From: an uncultured Methanosarcinales archaeon
GTDB taxonomy: Archaea > Halobacteriota > Methanosarcinia > Methanotrichales > Methanotrichaceae
NCBI GenBank assembly: GCA_963843555.1
Contig: CAWJKV010000002.1
Span: forward strand, 32,001-96,000
DNA: 64,000 bases
Direction: 5' to 3'
Of the stretch, positions 21,491-32,852 are shown in pieces (position 1 is the first letter of the stretch; the number at the start of each line of letters is the position of its first letter). The notes below the pieces were generated by a model. The model made no database searches. It saw only the letters and a program-made list of their open reading frames with translations, and was not told the origin of the DNA. The translations under genes were made by a program, and so were the position numbers.

Positions 21491-22000
21491 TCAAAACTCC
21501 TGCAAAGCATCCTGATAGCACCGGCGGGCCCTCTCGCTAAAGCAAACAGCAATCACATCAGAATCGTTCTTTTCCAGGTAGGACGTCATCTCCCGAAGGG
21601 CGATGCGACAGGCTCGTTCCATGGGAAAACCATAAACGCCTGCGCTGATGGCCGGGAATGCTATCGTTTTTATGCCGTACAGCTCTGCCAGGGCGAAGCA
21701 GTTCCTGTAACAATTGGCCAGAAGATCATCCTCGCCATTATCCCCGCCGCTCCAAATCGGCCCAACTGTATGGATGACAAAGCGGGCTGGAAGCCTATAG
21801 CCTCTGGTGATGCGGGCTTCTCCCGTCGGGCAGCCATAAAGACCGCGGCACTCCTCCAGAAGCTCCGGGCCGGCAATGCTATGGATGGCACCGTCCACAC
21901 CTCCGCCGCCCAAAAGAGAGTTGTTGGCGGCGTTGACGATGGCGTCCACCTTTAAGGTGGTGATATCGGCCATTACTAATTTAATTGTATCTGCTCTCAC
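21491..22000 (-). CDS. Macrodomain O-acetyl-ADP-ribose deacetylase (YmdB/MacroD-like)
   Basis: [25 protein letters not shown] and [13 protein letters not shown] motifs. Confidence 0.95.
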   Translation of the reverse strand: MRADTIKLVMADITTLKVDAIVNAANNSLLGGGGVDGAIHSIAGPELLEECRGLYGCPTGEARITRGYRLPARFVIHTVGPIWSGGDNGEDDLLANCYRNCFALAELYGIKTIAFPAISAGVYGFPMERACRIALREMTSYLEKNDSDVIAVCFSERARRCYQDALQEF

Positions 22001-23823
22001 TCTATCTCTTCCATTATCAATATCGCACCAGAAATGTTTTGACCGGATTCTATTAGCGGAGCGAGAATCATGTGCATTACGATGCGTTTGCCTTTCCTAT
22101 TAGTAGCCTCCAGGTCCAGTTCCGTGGATTTGCCTTCGTCCAAAATCTTCCGTATTGGCGCTGTGAGCTGCTCTACAGGCAGCCCCATATCCTGAACAAA
22201 AAAGCTCTTGCCAAGTATGTCTGCTGCCTGCAGACCCCACAACTCTTCAGCTCTATGGTTCCAGGCTAGAATGCAGCCGCCTCTGTCCATGAGCACAAGT
22301 CCTCTGTGGAGGCTTCCCAACACAGAATCGAGAAGGGCGTTCGTGAGGTTGAGATCGTCTGAACGCTGACTGAACTCATCGTTTGTTGTGCTAAGTTCTT
22401 CATTGGTCGACTGAAGCTCTTCATTCAAGGTCTCAAGCTCTTCATTTGTGGTCTGGAGTTCCTCCACAGAGGAGTTGAACTCTTCATTCATAGTCACCAG
22501 AACCTCATTTGTCGATTGCAGTTCATGCTTCGTACGTTCCAGTTCCTGCTGGAGACTGTATCGTTCCGTCTCGTCGGAGAAGACTATGCATAGTCCGATT
22601 GGAGTTCCTTCGTCCTGCAACAGAGGAGTTATCTCGATATCCATAAACCTGTTCCCGCCATTGGGCAGAATCCTCTCCACCTTCCTGCGGATCACGGGGC
22701 TGCGTTTAGAATATGACTCTTCGATGAGCGATCTAAGTCCCAGTGGACAGTAAGAAACCTCAAGATCCCAAAAGAGCCTGTCTACGTCTTGAGGAGATAG
22801 GCCAAAGAGCTTTCTTGCCTGTCTATTAGCAAAAGCAAGGAAACCGTTCAACTCCAGAATTATCTTTGCTCTTGAGGCTACTTCGAAGCATGCTTCTTGC
22901 AGATTAATCTGCGATATAGTAAGATGTTCCGGGGTCTTTATTATAGTCTTCTTTTCTGGAACCAGAAATCTTTCACACACCTTTGTTTGAGGGATCTTTA
23001 CCAGGATGCGGTATTTGACGTTGACGGGCATGAATAAGCTAACATAATTTGAGCTTAGTTCAGCTCGCCCCAGGAAGATGAATCCAGTGTCGTTTAGCCC
23101 AAAATGGAACTTGGCAAGTATTCTTGCCTGAGCCTCCGCATTGAAGTACATGAGCGTATTCCTGCAGATGAGAAGGTCCAGATGAGAGATGTGCGCGTCC
23201 CGTATCAGATCCAGGCGTCCGAATATGATTGGTCTTCTGAGGTGCGTGATAAATACGTAGCTATCTCCCGAATGCTCGAAATATTTCCGGCGAAACTCTT
23301 CAGGCACCGACTCCATATCCTTGGCAGAGTATTTTGCCCGGCGTGCATGGGCTAGTGCCTGCTCATCTATATCGGTTGCAAAAATCTTGACCCTCTTTTT
23401 AAAATCCTCTTCGCCGAGGGCTTCATTCATAAGCATTGCTATCGTGTAAACCTCTTCACCAGTCGCACACCCCGCTGACCAAATCCTGATTACTTCATCC
23501 ATTTTCTTGGAGGCCACGATCTTGGGTATCATCTCTTTTGCCAGGTAATCCCAGGTCTCTTTATCCCTGAAGAAGGATGTGACGTTGATGAGAATAGTAT
23601 TGAAGAGCTCGGAGAACTCCTCGGGATGGACCTCCAAATAGTCCTGATAAGCCTCATAATCAGCGATGTCCACCGCCTGCATCCGCCTCCCGATCCGCCG
23701 CATCAAGGTGGGATATTTATAAATTCTTAAGTCCACGCCATGAATGGTCTTGAGAAAATCGAGGAGATTTTCGAACTTCTCATTATTTTCCTGGCCATGA
23801 TCATTTTTTTCAGCCACTTTCAT
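21997..23823 (-). CDS. CheR-type methyltransferase with PAS domains and coiled coil (CheBR-like, without CheB)
   Basis: [50 protein letters not shown] coil; C-terminal PAS. Confidence 0.92.
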   Translation of the reverse strand: MKVAEKNDHGQENNEKFENLLDFLKTIHGVDLRIYKYPTLMRRIGRRMQAVDIADYEAYQDYLEVHPEEFSELFNTILINVTSFFRDKETWDYLAKEMIPKIVASKKMDEVIRIWSAGCATGEEVYTIAMLMNEALGEEDFKKRVKIFATDIDEQALAHARRAKYSAKDMESVPEEFRRKYFEHSGDSYVFITHLRRPIIFGRLDLIRDAHISHLDLLICRNTLMYFNAEAQARILAKFHFGLNDTGFIFLGRAELSSNYVSLFMPVNVKYRILVKIPQTKVCERFLVPEKKTIIKTPEHLTISQINLQEACFEVASRAKIILELNGFLAFANRQARKLFGLSPQDVDRLFWDLEVSYCPLGLRSLIEESYSKRSPVIRRKVERILPNGGNRFMDIEITPLLQDEGTPIGLCIVFSDETERYSLQQELERTKHELQSTNEVLVTMNEEFNSSVEELQTTNEELETLNEELQSTNEELSTTNDEFSQRSDDLNLTNALLDSVLGSLHRGLVLMDRGGCILAWNHRAEELWGLQAADILGKSFFVQDMGLPVEQLTAPIRKILDEGKSTELDLEATNRKGKRIVMHMILAPLIESGQNISGAILIMEEIE

Positions 23824-23930
23824 CGTCCTCCTTTCAACCAGGCAAATAAGACAGAATGGTGCTAATTGCCTTGAGGCCGCTGGCTGACGCCGTCAATGCA
23901 ACTATGCATCATACTTCCCCCACGAAGCGT

Positions 23931-26500
23931 TCAAGATTGGCTTCGAGCCTCGATCTTGTTCAGTTGCTCTGCCAGGTCCTCGATTCTCACGGGCTTGCTT
24001 ATGTAATCGTCCATGCCGGCTTCAAGACACCTCACCTTGTCGCCCTCCAGAGCGTAGGCTGTGACGGCGATTATCGCCGGCCCACTATCAGGCCAGCGCT
24101 GGCGGATAATCCGGGTAGCTTCCAGACCATTCATCTCGGGCATTCTGACGTCCATGAGCACAAGATCATAATCCTGGCGTTCCAGTGCCTGAAGCACTTC
24201 AATGCCATTTGCTGCCACGTCCGCCCTGTATCCCAGGCGCTTGAGTATCTGCAGGGCTACTTTTTGGCTTGATACATTGTCCTCAGCCAGGAGGATCTTC
24301 AGACGTTTGATCCGGGATTCTCCACGGCCTAGAGGCTGCACTGGCCGACTGCTGAGATTGCTGGATAACGAAGATACTTATCAGGACCTTATGCAGCTGA
24401 GATGGTTTGATGGGCTTGAAGAGGTAGGCATCGAAAAAATCAGGATCTATGCGCTGACCCATGGAAGTCAACATGACCAACGGCATAGTTTTGTTATATC
24501 TCCGGATCTTTCTTGCCAGGGTCAATCCATCCATCTCAGGCATGCTCATGTCGAGGATAGCAGCATCAAATGTATCTCCTCTTTGAATCCAGCCGAGGGC
24601 CTCCTTGCCAGACGATGCAATCAAGGGGCGACATGCCCCAGGAATAGGCATATGCCCCCAGGATATGACGGTTGGTCTTGTTATCATCAACTATCAGCAC
24701 GCTCTTGCCGGCCAACTGGGGCTGGACTCCTATCAGGGTTTTTTGTCCCTCGAGCGCGGTTTCTGCTTTGATGGTGAAGTGGAATATCGAACCAGTTCCT
24801 TTCTCGCTCTCCACCCAAATCCTGCCTTCCATCAGCTCCACGAGTTTCTTGCTGATGGCCAGGCCCAGACCCGTTCCGCCATATTTGCGAGTCACAGTTT
24901 CATCGACCTGGCTGAAAGGCTGGAAGAGACGATCCATCTGATCCGCGGAAATGCCTATACCCGTATCCTGAACTGCAAAATGAATCTGATGAGCGTCAGT
25001 GCCACTCAGTTTCAATGTCGAGACGGATAGCTTGATCTCGCCGCGTTCAGTAAATTTAACAGCATTATACAGCAGGTTCCCCAGAATCTGGCGCAGCCGG
25101 GTGGGATCGCCAATGATGAACTCGGGCACATCTTTGTCGATGGTGTATGCCAGGTTGAGGCGCTTCTCAGCGGCTTTGGCTGATACGAGGTCCAGAGCCT
25201 CCTCGACATTGCCCCGCAGCTCGAAGGGCTGCTCCTCCAGAACTGCCTTTTCGCTATCCATCTTCGAAAAGTCGAGGATGTCGTTGATTATGACCATCAA
25301 TGCGTCACCGTTTATCCTGATGGTCTCGATAAAGTCCTTCTGCTCAGGATTCAGATCCGCATCATCCAGAAGGATGGAGGTCATACCTATGACCGCGTTC
25401 ATGGGCGTACGGATCTCGTGGCTCATGTTGGCCATGAAATCGGATTTCGCCCTGGCTGCCTCCTCGGCGACCTCTTTCGCCTTCAAAAGGGCGCACTCGG
25501 TCTGCTTATGCTCCTCAATCTCCAGGCGCAGCTCTTCGTTGATGCATTCCACTTCCTCTTTTGCTAGCAACAGTGCTGCTGTTCTCTCCTGGATTCTTTG
25601 TTCCAGCTCGTCCCGCGCTTTACAAATCTCGTCTTCCATCTGTTTTCTTTCTGTTATGTCGGAGAGGGTAACTACGCAGCCTATGATCTCGCCTTTAGCT
25701 CCCTTTAGAGGTCCGGCGTTCACCAGCAATTGAAACAGCACACCATTGCGGCATTTCAGACTGGCTTCAGACTTCAGCAGCACATCTCCTTGAAGGGCGA
25801 CTAAAACTGGAGTTAGCAGCTCACCATTTGAAAGTCGGAGGTCGAATAGCTCCTCAAAAGGCTGGAGAATGGGATCGCATCCGCAAATCAGAGTTGCTAC
25901 ATCGCTGGCACGGATAATTCTCCCCGAATCATCGCATACCACAATGGCCTCCGTTGCCTGCTCGATGATGGAACGGGCCAGCCTTTCGGCGGCGATCATA
26001 TCTTCGTCCCGTTTCTGCACTGTCAGATCTGCTATAACAGCAGAGAAGGCTTCCTGTGATTCTGTCAGCGGGAGAGCACTGATTGTGATAAAAACCGGCA
26101 AAATGCTTTCGTCTTCTGCTTGAAGAGCCAGCTCTCCTCCACGCAAATCCTGCAAAAATCTCTCGAAGGCGGACCGATTCTCAGGAGGAATGAAACGATA
26201 AATGGAACTGCCTACAACTTTTTCCAGGGGAGATTTTGCCATCTCTGCAAAGCGACGGTTGCAGTAGAGGATGGTCCCGTCCTGGGCCAGGGTGACGGCT
26301 CCTTCGTTCATGGCCTCGATAAGAGTGCGGTAGGCGCGGTCCGACCCTTCCAGAGTGAAGACCTGCTCGCCATGCGGTCCTGAGGTGACCAGAGCATCTA
26401 CTTCGCCGCCTCTTATGGCACGCAAGAGCTCCTGCGCCTCTTCCAGACTTTTTTGTAGCTCCTCATTCCGGGCCTTAAGTCTCTCATAAGATTTGGTCAC
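23931..26500 (-). CDS. Hybrid sensor histidine kinase (PAS-PAS-HisKA-HATPase-REC-REC), split by two frameshifts (~24626 and within ~24305-24375)
   Basis: [21 protein letters not shown] and GGTGLGLAI motifs. REC1 (VDDN...[11 protein letters not shown]) and REC2 (LAEDN...[10 protein letters not shown]) are spread over three frames. Confidence 0.88.
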
Positions 26501-26503
26501 GGT

Positions 26504-26905
26504 TTATTCCACGCTCTTGCAATCTTGGTTTTTCGGGTCTGGCAGTGGACCTTTCCTGGCGGCGGGTCCAGCCTGCACATCCAATCCCACCAGAACACGC
26601 TCAGTATCCGACATGCTGCCTACGAGCTTTCGCAGAGGTAAAGGAAGCTCCTTTATAAGCGTAGGTGCGGCTACGATCTGCCCGTCTTTGGCGAGGATAG
26701 GCTGCTGATAGATATCGATCACCTCAAGCTGATATCTTCCGGGAAGGTATTCTTCGCATAAGCGCTTGATGTTCTCGACGGCCTGAAGGGATTTCGAGTT
26801 CATTCCTGCCACATAAAGGTGCAATACGTACTTCTCTAGTGGTGGGTTCTTGATGGCGGATTCAAATTCCCTGGTCGTGTTATCCTGGTCATCCATGAAT
26901 TTCAC
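26504..26905 (-). CDS. kaiB: KaiB family protein (second copy)
   Basis: YVLHLYVAG...[33 protein letters not shown]. Confidence 0.93.
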   Translation of the reverse strand: MKFMDDQDNTTREFESAIKNPPLEKYVLHLYVAGMNSKSLQAVENIKRLCEEYLPGRYQLEVIDIYQQPILAKDGQIVAAPTLIKELPLPLRKLVGSMSDTERVLVGLDVQAGPAARKGPLPDPKNQDCKSVE

Positions 26906-27283
26906 TCTTGCAGAGGTTTATCATGCAATTGTACGTCGCTCAGTCGATCTTTCTTTGCCGGTTTCAGGTCCAGGCCCACCAGCACGCGTTCGGTATTGGA
27001 TAAATCCCCTATGATCTTTCTCACGGGCTCGGGAAGCTTTCTGACCAGTGTCGGGATAGCGAGGATCTGGTCACCCTTGGCTAACTGCGGATTCTTCAAA
27101 AGATCTACCACTTCGATGCGGTACCTGGACTTCATGTGCTCCTCGCAGATCTTCTTGAGATTGGCAAAGGCGGTCAGACTCTTAGGGGTTTGGCCTGCCA
27201 CATACAGTTTAAGAATGAAGTACTCTCCATCCTGCTCCGGATCCTGGTTGGGCCGGTCCTGATTCGTCCTTACTTTCCGCCAT
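26902..27283 (-). CDS. kaiB: KaiB family protein (first copy); 5' end out of frame with the ATG at 27283
   Basis: [16 protein letters not shown]...[24 protein letters not shown]. The conserved first strand lies upstream of the GTG at 27201. Confidence 0.9.
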
Positions 27284-27285
27284 TC

Positions 27286-29025
27286 CTATCTCCTCTCCCC
27301 GGGCATACATTGAGTTGCGTCCGCATCCCTTGTTCTTGCCATCTCCCCCCGACTTTGCGCCAGATCCCGGGAACGCTTTTCTTCTTCTTTGGCGAGCAAC
27401 TTGAGCTCTTCCTCCTCTGTCTCGAACTCAAAATTTAGCAAGTCCATCTTTGCCTTCAGGGTGCGAAGCTTTCTTTCCAGCTCCCCCTTCTTGCGCTCAT
27501 TCTCCAGATCGGACGCCGACATCAACTCATCCTCTCTAGCCTCCTGAGCGGCTCGAGCCGAGCCCATCAAGAGTCCGCCCTGATTCCCAAGATAGACGTC
27601 CATGATCTTCACGCCCTGGTCCGTCAGCAAGAACTCGCGGATCTGGTTGGAGTGCCTCATCCCGCGGGACTTGATCACCGATATTCCATGGTTGCGTTCG
27701 CTGTCGGTCTCAAAAATGCGCAGCTTGAGCCAGGTATCAATCAACGAAGAGACACCCTGGCCTGTCTGTCCCTCATCCTCGATATCGACAAGACTGGTAC
27801 AGATCGCTGTGGTTCCTTTGGATTTCATGTAATCGATCAGGCGCGTAAGCATAGATTTGACATCCTCTGTTGCGCCTACGTTTATGAGATTGGATACGGG
27901 ATCGAAGATGACGACCTCCGGCTGGAATTTATCGATATGCCTGAGAATATCCAGGAGATGCATCTCCAGGCCAAAGGCCATGGGACGCATGGAGCGAATC
28001 TGTAGAAGCCCCTTATTTATCCAGGGCTCCAGGTCGAGGCCTATGGAACGCATGTTGCGGACGATCTGGCCGGGCGACTCCTCAAAGGCGAAGTAGATAC
28101 AGCGTTCTCCTCTCCGGCAGGCAGCATCAACAAAATGAATGGCAAAGCTCGTCTTTCCCGTTCCTGCCGTTCCTGAGATCAGAATGCTGCTGCCGCGATA
28201 GTACCCCATGCCATCCAGCATGTTGTCAAGGCGCTCGATTCCCGTGGAGATCCTTTCAGCTGAAGCCGAGTGCTCCAGCCTCAGCGAGGTGAGAGGAAGA
28301 ACTGAGATACCATCTTCTTCGATGAGGAAGGGATACTCATTTGTGCCGTGATTCGAGCCGCGGTATTTGATGATGCGCAGACGCCTGGTAGCGATCTGGT
28401 TCTCCATGCGGTTGTCCAATAATATCACGCAATCGGCGACATATTCCTCCAGGCCGTAGCGGGTCAGAGAGTGCTCTCCGCGTTCGCCTGTGACAATGGC
28501 TGTGACGCCTTTATCCTTCAGCCACCGGAAAAGCCTTATCAGCTCCGCTCTCAAGATGGCATCGTTCTTGAATCCCGAAAAGAGAGCTTCTATGGTGTCC
28601 AGCACCACACGCTTTGCTCCTATGGTGTCGATGGCGCAACCCAGGCGTATGAATAGCCCCTCCAGGTCATAATCGCCTGTCTCCTCAATCTCGCTTGGGT
28701 CGATTTTGACATAATCGATCAGCATCTGGCCGCCTGCGATCAGCCTGTCAAGGTCGAAGCCCAATGAAGCAAAGTTCCTTGTCAGCTCCTCTGCTGTTTC
28801 TTCAAAGGCTATAAAGACGCCCGGCTCGTTGTTCTGCACTGCTCCTTGCGCGAGGAATTGCATGGACAGGAGAGTCTTTCCTGAGCCCGCACTTCCCGTG
28901 ACCAGGGTCGGACGACCTCTGGGCAGTCCCCCGCCCGTTATCTCATCCAAGCCAGCGATACCTGTGGGGGCCTTTTCCAGTTGTTTATAATGAGATTCAG
29001 CAGGCGTATTATTGAGATCTATCAT
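27286..29025 (-). CDS. kaiC: Double-domain circadian clock protein KaiC with C-terminal coiled-coil extension
   Basis: Two RecA-like domains (GSAGSGKT, GTAGTGKT), FEE motifs, EEYVADCV, GVSSLIDTW and KSRG.HSN.IREF. Confidence 0.95.
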   Translation of the reverse strand: MIDLNNTPAESHYKQLEKAPTGIAGLDEITGGGLPRGRPTLVTGSAGSGKTLLSMQFLAQGAVQNNEPGVFIAFEETAEELTRNFASLGFDLDRLIAGGQMLIDYVKIDPSEIEETGDYDLEGLFIRLGCAIDTIGAKRVVLDTIEALFSGFKNDAILRAELIRLFRWLKDKGVTAIVTGERGEHSLTRYGLEEYVADCVILLDNRMENQIATRRLRIIKYRGSNHGTNEYPFLIEEDGISVLPLTSLRLEHSASAERISTGIERLDNMLDGMGYYRGSSILISGTAGTGKTSFAIHFVDAACRRGERCIYFAFEESPGQIVRNMRSIGLDLEPWINKGLLQIRSMRPMAFGLEMHLLDILRHIDKFQPEVVIFDPVSNLINVGATEDVKSMLTRLIDYMKSKGTTAICTSLVDIEDEGQTGQGVSSLIDTWLKLRIFETDSERNHGISVIKSRGMRHSNQIREFLLTDQGVKIMDVYLGNQGGLLMGSARAAQEAREDELMSASDLENERKKGELERKLRTLKAKMDLLNFEFETEEEELKLLAKEEEKRSRDLAQSRGEMARTRDADATQCMPGERR

Positions 29026-29200
29026 GATTGCAACTCCTTCCTGTCCGCTCTATTTTCGGCTACGGCAACAAGAATATGACCGCCTCTGCAATGGTGTACT
29101 CGAAATTACAGATTTGCACCAATCGCTGAGATAACAAAAAGGTTTCGATCAAAGAGATGTGAAAGAAGGTTGGAAGACCTCCAATCTGGTTGAGACAGGG

Positions 29201-29881
29201 TCAATAGCCCAGCTGATCATTCACCAGGATCAGAGTGACCCGCCCTTGCTGTCTTTCATTTGACAGAATAACACATTTTCCAATTTGGCTGGGCGCGCCA
29301 TAGACTTTCTTGGAGCGAGCATCCTCAAGAGGATAGGCATACTCACGAATTCTTTGCAGAGCGTCTGCCAGAGAGGGTACAATTTTATTTACCCCGGCCA
29401 CAAGAACCAGATGCTTGGCGGCAAAGGGCCAGGCTCCCACTCGGCTTCCGCTGGCGTCGCATGATACCAGCTCTCCTGTCGCGGCTATGGCATTCACCCC
29501 GGAGAGAAAATACTCGGCAGCGACGGATTTCCTCCTCATTTCGTTTCTAGTTGCGTCGTCATTTTCCGAGATCAATTTTCTGGCGAGATCTATCCAATTG
29601 TGCTGCTCGCTTTTCAGGAGATCCAGGTAGCCGATCTCAATCAATGTGGTGGACGACCCGTTCATGATTTCAGCGCCTGGCGGAATGAGCTCTTCGATCC
29701 TGGCCAATGCCAGACGACCATCCTGTACCCGCAGAACCTTGATTCCCCTGGCTTCGATCTCTTTCACGGATGATGCGATCTCCTTCTCGGCAGGGATCCG
29801 GCTCCACCTTGCGGTATCGACCTGCAATTCCGGCAGCAGGTTTGCAGCGCTATACAAAGTTCGCTTCTCCGTTCCGATCAC
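29201..29881 (-). CDS. LUD domain (lactate-utilisation/YkgG-like) protein
   Basis: NGSSTTL, FLSGVNAIA..GELV..DASGSRV and AGVNKIV motifs. Confidence 0.85.
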   Translation of the reverse strand: MIGTEKRTLYSAANLLPELQVDTARWSRIPAEKEIASSVKEIEARGIKVLRVQDGRLALARIEELIPPGAEIMNGSSTTLIEIGYLDLLKSEQHNWIDLARKLISENDDATRNEMRRKSVAAEYFLSGVNAIAATGELVSCDASGSRVGAWPFAAKHLVLVAGVNKIVPSLADALQRIREYAYPLEDARSKKVYGAPSQIGKCVILSNERQQGRVTLILVNDQLGY

Positions 29882-30380
29882 CCTATATAGTTTTGTCCTC
29901 TATTCTTAAAATAGTTTAGCCACCTGGTCATTACAGCCCGAAAAAATACTTGAAAACGCTTTCCCGGACTGAGTCGGGCTTCTTATGGAGGACTTACGGC
30001 AATCTTCTAAAGTTAAATTTTTGTTACATATCAGTTAATCTTTTGCGCTGTTTGCCAGAATAAACTATAAAAAATTTATTTAATAATTCATGAGCTGAAT
30101 GCTGAAATTCTTCATATACAAAGTTCGCTTCTCCGTTCCGATCACCTTATATAGTTTTGCCCTCTATTTTTAAAGTAGTTTAGCCATCTAATCATTACAG
30201 GCCGAGAAAATACGCGAAAACGCTTTTCAGGACTGAGTCGGGCTTCTTGTGGAAGATTTATGGCAATCTTCCTAAAGTTAAATTATTGTTAAAGATCAGA
30301 CGGTTTCTTTACGCTGTTTGCCAGATTAACTGAAAGAATTTATTCAATAACTCTTGAGGCGAATGCTAAACTTCTTATAT
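29851..30380. repeat. Diverged tandem duplication, unit ~264 bp (29851-30114 / 30115-30380)
   Basis: Both copies begin TATACAAAGTTCGCTTCTCCGTTCCGATCACC and share GGACTGAGTCGGGCTTCTT and CGCTGTTTGCCAGA. Confidence 0.92.
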
Positions 30381-30402
30381 ATTGTTCTCCATATAGGAAA
30401 CA

Positions 30403-32607
30403 ATGAATCAGGGAAGGGGGAGTGAGTATGCACAACTGCTTGCGGTTGTTGTCTTCAGCCTCTTGTTAAGATTATTTGCGGGTAGAAGCTCACTAACCGA
30501 AAACGGGGTCTTGCTTCCAGGTTATGATGAGTATTACCATATGCGCAGAATAATATACACTGCAAGCCATTTTCCCAATACGCTTTGGTTCGACTCATAC
30601 CTGAACTATCCGGAAGGATTTGATGTAACCTGGCCGCCTCTTTTTGATCAGATCTCCGCGGCCCTCTGTATGGCCCTCGGCCAGCATACTAAAGAGGGCA
30701 TGGAGATGACGGCATCCTTTACTCCTATAATCATAGGCATCATAGCGGTCTTAGCCGTCTATTACACAGTCAGAGAACTCTTCGATCATAAAGTGGCTCT
30801 ACTGGCCAGCTTCATGGCCGCCCTGACTCCCTATTATCTTCTCTACACCAGGTTCGCTGCCATGGATCACCACGGTCTCGAGGTTCTGTTCGTTCTCATA
30901 ATATTGTTGTTCCTAACTATGGCCATCTGCCGGAAGGAGAAGAGATATCTATTTGCCTGCCTGGCCGGAGGTGCCATGGCCGCCCTGGCATATACCTGGC
31001 TGGGCGCTGGTATCTATCTTGGAATATTCCTGCTCTATGGTGCCGTTAAGATGGCATTGGATCTCAAAGAGGGAGAATCGTTTAAGGAGACCGTAACAAC
31101 GCTCTTGGTCTCCTTCGCATTTGCTCTTATCCTTGTTCTGCCGTTTTGGAATTCTTCCTGGCTCTCTTCCTCCTTCCGGGCTATAGCGGGAATGATCGTT
31201 GCCCTTTGCATCATGTATGCTATCGCCAACCTCATAGCAAAGAAGAATTTATCCTGGAAGGCATTTCCTCTGAGCCTCCTGATTTTATTGCTATTATTTG
31301 CCCTGCTCTCCCAGCTTCCCGGCGGATTTTTCGGTTTGGGTGCAGTTGTCCGCTACGGATTTGAGTATATCTGGGGCGGAGGGATGATTGGAAAGATCGC
31401 CGAGGCACAGCCGCTCATCTTTGATACAAAGAGCTTTTCTCGGGTAGCCTTCTCTCTGCTGGGATTGAATATTCTCTTATCCCTGGGTGGTATTGCTGCC
31501 CTCATAATGCACATCATCCGCAGCCATGGCGCAAAAAGAGAAGGCAGGATCCTGCTACTGGTCTGGGCCGTGTCCACCCTGATTCTAACCTTTGGCCAGT
31601 CCCGGTTTCTCTACATCTCCACGATCTCTATGGGAATCTTGATAAGCATTCTCTTCTTCTATATCCTGGATCTGGCAGGTAAGAGGCTTAAGGAAAACGG
31701 GCAGAAGACTCCGCGGATATTGGCTGCCGCCTTATTATTGCTCCTCATCCTGCCCACGGTCTGGCAAGCTACCTCCTTTTCCCTGAATTCATCACCAGCG
31801 GTGGCTGGCGATTGGCAAGAATCGCTCGTCTGGCTGAAGGAAAATAGCAACACTACCAGTTTCTTTGCCTCCCCAGAGAAAACACCTGAGTACAGTGTTA
31901 TGAGCTGGTGGGACTATGGCAACTGGATCCTCTATCTTTCCGAGCGTCCTGTGGTAGCTAACAATTTCCAGGTGGGTGTGGCGGATGCTGCTAAATTCTA
32001 TCTATCGGAGAGCGAGCAGGAAGCCACGGCCGTGCTGGATGAAAGAGGATCCAGATACATAATTGTGGATTATGACCTGATCTTCAGCAAGCTTGCCGGT
32101 CTCACCAGCTGGGCGAATGAGGATATCGATAGCTACAGGAAAAGGGAGAAAAATGGTTCGCAAAGTATAATCCAACCACTGGGAAGATTCAACAATACAA
32201 CATTAGCAAAGCTTTATTTCCTCGATGGCTCGAACACAGATCACTTCCGCTTGATCTATGAATCGAAGACATCTTTTGGAGAACGGCCGGCCAAGAGCAA
32301 GGTCAAGATCTTTGAGTACGTTCCTGGAGCATTGATAAAAGTTCGAGCCGGGCCGGACCAGAGGATAATTGCCTTACTTAATATGACCTCCAATCAGGGA
32401 AGACCCTTCGTTTATGTAAACGAGGCCGAGCTAAAAGGGGGCTCATTTGAGGTGAGAGTGCCCTATTCTACAGAAAGCCGGTATGGATGCCGTGCTATTG
32501 ATCCGTATTTGGTCCTTTCCGGGGACAAATACTCTGTGAAGACATTAGACCTCAATGTGAGCGAGGACGATATAATTAATGGCAGAACCATTGAGCTCAC
32601 GTTCTAG
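30403..32607 (+). CDS. aglB: Archaeal oligosaccharyltransferase (STT3)
   Basis: YDEYYHMRR, DHH, IAEAQP, WWDYG and NNFQ motifs; many TM helices. Confidence 0.95.
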   Translation: MNQGRGSEYAQLLAVVVFSLLLRLFAGRSSLTENGVLLPGYDEYYHMRRIIYTASHFPNTLWFDSYLNYPEGFDVTWPPLFDQISAALCMALGQHTKEGMEMTASFTPIIIGIIAVLAVYYTVRELFDHKVALLASFMAALTPYYLLYTRFAAMDHHGLEVLFVLIILLFLTMAICRKEKRYLFACLAGGAMAALAYTWLGAGIYLGIFLLYGAVKMALDLKEGESFKETVTTLLVSFAFALILVLPFWNSSWLSSSFRAIAGMIVALCIMYAIANLIAKKNLSWKAFPLSLLILLLLFALLSQLPGGFFGLGAVVRYGFEYIWGGGMIGKIAEAQPLIFDTKSFSRVAFSLLGLNILLSLGGIAALIMHIIRSHGAKREGRILLLVWAVSTLILTFGQSRFLYISTISMGILISILFFYILDLAGKRLKENGQKTPRILAAALLLLLILPTVWQATSFSLNSSPAVAGDWQESLVWLKENSNTTSFFASPEKTPEYSVMSWWDYGNWILYLSERPVVANNFQVGVADAAKFYLSESEQEATAVLDERGSRYIIVDYDLIFSKLAGLTSWANEDIDSYRKREKNGSQSIIQPLGRFNNTTLAKLYFLDGSNTDHFRLIYESKTSFGERPAKSKVKIFEYVPGALIKVRAGPDQRIIALLNMTSNQGRPFVYVNEAELKGGSFEVRVPYSTESRYGCRAIDPYLVLSGDKYSVKTLDLNVSEDDIINGRTIELTF

Positions 32608-32680
32608 TGCTCAGTAACATTAATTTTGCAAATCAGATGCAGCAATTCTTGAAGAGCTGAATTTGTTGGGACGGATCAGT

Positions 32681-32852
32681 ATGATAAAGACAGCGAGAGT
32701 TTATAGCAGCGGTGGAGAGAGCGGTTACAGAATACTTGTCGACCGACTTTGGCCGAGAGGAGTGAGCAAAGAAGACGCAAATCTTGATTTGTGGTTGAAA
32801 GAGATTGGACCGAGCAACGAACTTAGAAAATGGTTTGGGCACGATCCGGAGT
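32681..32852 (+). pseudogene. Truncated DUF488 (YeaO-like) gene
   Basis: [40 protein letters not shown], then similarity ends at the junction with an opposing gene fragment. Confidence 0.8.
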
